Positions 62,701 through 64,000 of a stretch of 64,000 nt of DNA are shown here, in pieces; position 1 is the stretch's first letter; each line of letters starts with the position of its first letter. Position numbers and translations under genes: made by a program. The DNA is taken from the NCBI GenBank assembly GCA_040390065.1, contig JAZJZE010000011.1:96001-160000 (forward strand). The letters run 5' to 3'. This stretch comes from a bacterium. Lineage in GTDB: Archaea; Thermoplasmatota; E2; JACPAO01; JAHFTW01. Under the pieces are notes generated by a model. The model searched no databases, had not been told where the DNA came from, and was given only the letters and a program-made list of their open reading frames with translations.

Positions 62701-64000
62701 GATCGACTGGGACCCCAGCAAGTTCGACAACCAGCAGACCGACATGACGGCGCTGCAGGACGAGATGACGGACATGGCGCCGCTGCTTCGCGCCTGGCTC
62801 GACGGCGACGTCGTGATGGTCCGCGCGTGGTACGCCAATGCGCCCGCCTGGTTCACCGAACCGTTGCCGTCCTCGGGCCCAGCGGCGCTGGCGTCCGCCA
62901 CGCAAGGCATGAATCCGTTCTGGGCCGACGTGCATGGCCAAGACGTGCCGTACGGCGAACTCACGAAGATGCGCATGTCGTCGGACCCCGAGATGCCGAT
63001 GTGCGACGGCATCTTCTTCCTCGGCGGCTGCCGCATGCAGCACGACAACCTCGACACCGGCGACCTATCGCTCTACGGCAAGGGCCACCTCTTCGGCCGC
63101 ACGGACAAGCCCAAGATGACGTACATCCCGCAGGGCTCGACGTTCTCGCGCTGGAACCGCGTCCACCTAGAATCCGTGAACGAGACATTCACGCCGGCAG
63201 CGGTGCATGCGCACGGCAATCCCGCCATGTCGGTCCCGTGTGGTTCGCAGGATGGCCGCATCTTCTGGATCCTCGCGCCGTCGACCGTCGACCTCACGGC
63301 GGATGGCTGGAAGACCGGACCGGCCCCGCCCGACGACGGCGCGGCCCCGTCCGGCTATGCATGGTACTCGCAGCCCGGCATCCACTGCGTGCCGCTGCCC
63401 TGGGAAAGCTGGGGCTACTGGGCTGAGTGGACCTCGCCGCAGCCAACAGGCGGTTCGCCGGACGACCTCGCGGTCGCGGACAAAGTCGCGACGTACTACG
63501 AACGGGCCGGCGCGGCCCGCATGGATCCCAACGACCCGCTCGGCATGGCGCGGCAAGTGCAGACGACATACGACTTCCCCGACCCCGCTGCGCCCCACGA
63601 TGGGACCGAGACGGGCTGCTGGTTCGACCCCACGTCGACGCACTCCTCCATCCCGCACGTCGAGATGGACACCTTTGACGTGCGCTTCCTGCAACGCTAC
63701 GAGCCGTACAACGCCGGCCACTACCACCACGTCGAGCCCGGCCACGAGAACGAGCCGGTCCCGGCGACGCCGTTTGGCGCATACTGCCCGGTGGGCACCG
63801 ACCAGACGAAGGCCCGTTTCGAACGCGAATCCATCCCGCTCCGCCTGCCCGTCACGATGAATGGCGGCGACCCCGGCCGGACCCTGGCTGCGCCAGTCAC
63901 GCAATTCCAGCCCGAGAAGGGCACTCCCGCTGACGTCGTCGGCCTCGGCATCGGGTCGCACCTCTTGCCCAAGCTCGTTCGCGCCGTGCTTGCGGACGCC
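56768..64000 (+). CDS. Giant secreted protein (>2400 aa, truncated by window edge)
   Basis: Missing from the ORF track because it has no stop. ATG 56768 gives MVDRRTSAPVLVTLFLAALMASTSLAAPVSA (signal peptide). The same frame is still open with biased codons at 64000 (LLPKLVRAVLADA), and the track lists no closed ORF in this frame. Confidence 0.88.
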   Translation, partial: MVDRRTSAPVLVTLFLAALMASTSLAAPVSAGPLDNANQAVDQTQQAVDDVVGQNPADGTIDGAQGTVSGIADDVGGTLGGLIDPVVQGLPPRPDPQLFPPVPPPDCPPVAGMDMCDMPQPPSQQPPTDPGTSDQMPGQGDGTDPYGKHTVSDTDDDAHHRARFTLDRNWALTGASLSALSRSGPEDTLVYVQWAYDDSVIGNGPIPGVDIRDVATRAARGFDAIRFRPLEPGLHHVTLTGTWVEGGQTFRDRVTTPLYVEDPAIAQVHAENATAAWSPDAKSLVDAALSGDPDAVAAAATDAVAAIARPLGPKPTILLLSDFLGKDADTLGLIVGPDPKDVTAALAALPQVDGLDPSAGFGDIAYDGDATGLGAPVDRVGLTLTHTLVDQGLANVVFVSAIDARTGALDRRTVQNGLLFAQYSGIIDAVVWGLPSSAYEPAVVLDSMRPDFNFAQTPMAPLPATSPLPAASPDWHTEQYAAQGDDGVNSIMDSLNDQAALLGLTPQPGQSTVADLLYANMDRVYARYRILVETVRNDLKFDAFLQQRVLDLGVQGVPFVVPSEECPGMEADSMTLVGVTQVVGAVTVAAGTAKDGPDAVSCKGPDRRAAAHGNGIDFVTDPRPARVVPGLAAATATDGLVYVPNSLGAALQTGLALGGMHKALVTVTTPYAARDLAGMLATGAKQKPGVSTWWQGDGFVDALSPPTAEPALFARGTGLVFSPFDLQNGRTRAVAEIVITGRENVAAAMAAPSELWTATGRTEFRFLVDEMGNKVTQDLATTDYGHLGVTVESVSVNQIDATHAEARLVLSGSPSFLQGGGGGGGGGGNGVPDAREYLMPGLYSGRTWISTPTGIIQLPINIGVGTILDVHRFLAPNTAVPETAVCLEPPFKMIGDLTGLRHTAHELEELNICIYFTNTDEHGVARFYTPLPLPYTLTSWFDGIFRERGDGIGAVYPHVKRTIMVPSPLNVSAVTNGPPGVQLDPGITSGSPPTVAADLPYPLAYIPLNVSIPVAIAVHWRYRDNQETDHFLPVPEVDIPEFVYLLTGGIIPHPLIARTDDALRLARDNGDGTLQYADEHIGPILDGVQDKVKAPPTGIATVDQLLGQPISKALPTSLAPDPSACQWGYGNQQNPALTAKLDGPMADPMHTLMDAKDAVAEAQAHAGGDPAWFPDTLVMRARPSLDSLLGLGSQLPVCMATYPFNIPQPNTYPTFITDEFDLHLEASILVVCVETVADVECFVIVPGPDGIGNQMISVRPDMLVSTAADAAAGAVNGGPDRLEKDIIGAIGSVQVPQFDPANPMANLPTSVVGLPSAVDLTSDGRVSVKFEVNAGEGDHGYLHYIAIPLPVLASGYLDPLVAALQAQGIDPLALLNSTPPGPDGTPLAGTNPGAMLRNSVEDLMRVQPYVEISRADMFLNAWWWTDSFFDARIFPTVLLPRSAPTDCLRDWSDTIDANFADVPHWPADPSDPTCRRDAAGNVIVVSGSADTPNGRPGDFQNGDMNLGEDFWWLTHPNVNLQLFERGRSLWDPYTLQPDPAKMAAAHYPWAQAEFFENVLEFWDDENVRDVTPNEMHIHSPDLHTHHAVEYTKHCTNELRHDTLTGRLLNDPATGQYCFKGLLAYNEGDHWLENTNTASGSGVYDPDLGLDHPNAITFNLIDTIGGGVSDINQLVWATTVPPLFGTESVGSVVGGAIGIDPSELKWWSRGEVPTANRRVYSDMYTNSSFMLSEHDKYCEEIADFETDNAFLDLFPRWKMTCPWQASDIAKAAFEAEWLATGGAPRFAYGFVPDDAGAPRDAAGKLVGHWDWLARTPELGTKDPHTQDKYARMASANAYQDILNPVFLNGTYERRDGVYSDCMGNMDMSGEMPGMDMGGMDGMNADGWPCNAMNPMDQATMDLAELDVDTGKPFADPIDPTHPTVTNPFRFALKFYGLDMMSQDENFATVPLPSNPDHWFGTDPDATEWNGFFRNLRLRQIDWDPSKFDNQQTDMTALQDEMTDMAPLLRAWLDGDVVMVRAWYANAPAWFTEPLPSSGPAALASATQGMNPFWADVHGQDVPYGELTKMRMSSDPEMPMCDGIFFLGGCRMQHDNLDTGDLSLYGKGHLFGRTDKPKMTYIPQGSTFSRWNRVHLESVNETFTPAAVHAHGNPAMSVPCGSQDGRIFWILAPSTVDLTADGWKTGPAPPDDGAAPSGYAWYSQPGIHCVPLPWESWGYWAEWTSPQPTGGSPDDLAVADKVATYYERAGAARMDPNDPLGMARQVQTTYDFPDPAAPHDGTETGCWFDPTSTHSSIPHVEMDTFDVRFLQRYEPYNAGHYHHVEPGHENEPVPATPFGAYCPVGTDQTKARFERESIPLRLPVTMNGGDPGRTLAAPVTQFQPEKGTPADVVGLGIGSHLLPKLVRAVLADA

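Noticed and set aside
59198-63043. 1281-aa minus-strand ORF (and 57812-59176)
   Set aside because: Antisense shadow of the giant plus-strand gene, with Arg/Val/Gly/His-rich composition typical of reverse-complemented high-GC3 codons.
1-64000. CRISPR array or rRNA genes
   Set aside because: No regularly spaced direct repeats or rRNA-like conserved segments noticed by eye; the repeats found are protein-level (TSP3, BNR, hexapeptide).

Overview
GC-rich prokaryotic DNA, most likely from an archaeon of the Thermoplasmatota. This assignment is inferred from a CxxC-x17-CxxC protein, an ABC-permease/PrsW fusion, a Thermoplasmata-type tyrosine integrase, GGTGA/GAGG ribosome-binding sites, a TATA box and pyrimidine-tract terminators. 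The window has two halves. (1) Bases 1-30105 look like an integrated island whose right end is a tRNA 3'-end fragment (att-like, 30084-30105) beside a tyrosine integrase. The island carries a tightly coupled extracellular contractile injection system (eCIS; Afp/PVC-like) operon: sheath, tube, gp26-like protein, Afp16-like DUF4255 protein, Afp15-like AAA ATPase, tube initiator, split spike, PAAR-like tip, gp25 and two baseplate proteins. Divergent from it lie two candidate peptidoglycan hydrolases without signal peptides: a PG-binding + phage tail lysozyme and a large protein with a cryptic CHAP-like C-terminus. The island also holds an AT-richer glycosyltransferase / hexapeptide acyltransferase / NDT-like / SLATT operon (candidate new defence system), a GIY-YIG nuclease, a HEPN remnant and a second recombinase lacking its catalytic Tyr. 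(2) Bases 30106-64000 are host chromosome: ABC transporter with PrsW fusion, GNAT, sucC/sucD split by a cyclophilin-TSP3-FKBP fusion, and dispersed hutG/I/H/U. Interleaved are many secreted-protein genes: two BNR lipoproteins, five tiny Cys-rich peptides, a four-gene domain-sharing surface-fibre-like operon, and a >2400-aa secreted protein running off the right edge. All family calls come from motif recognition by eye; no database searches were run.
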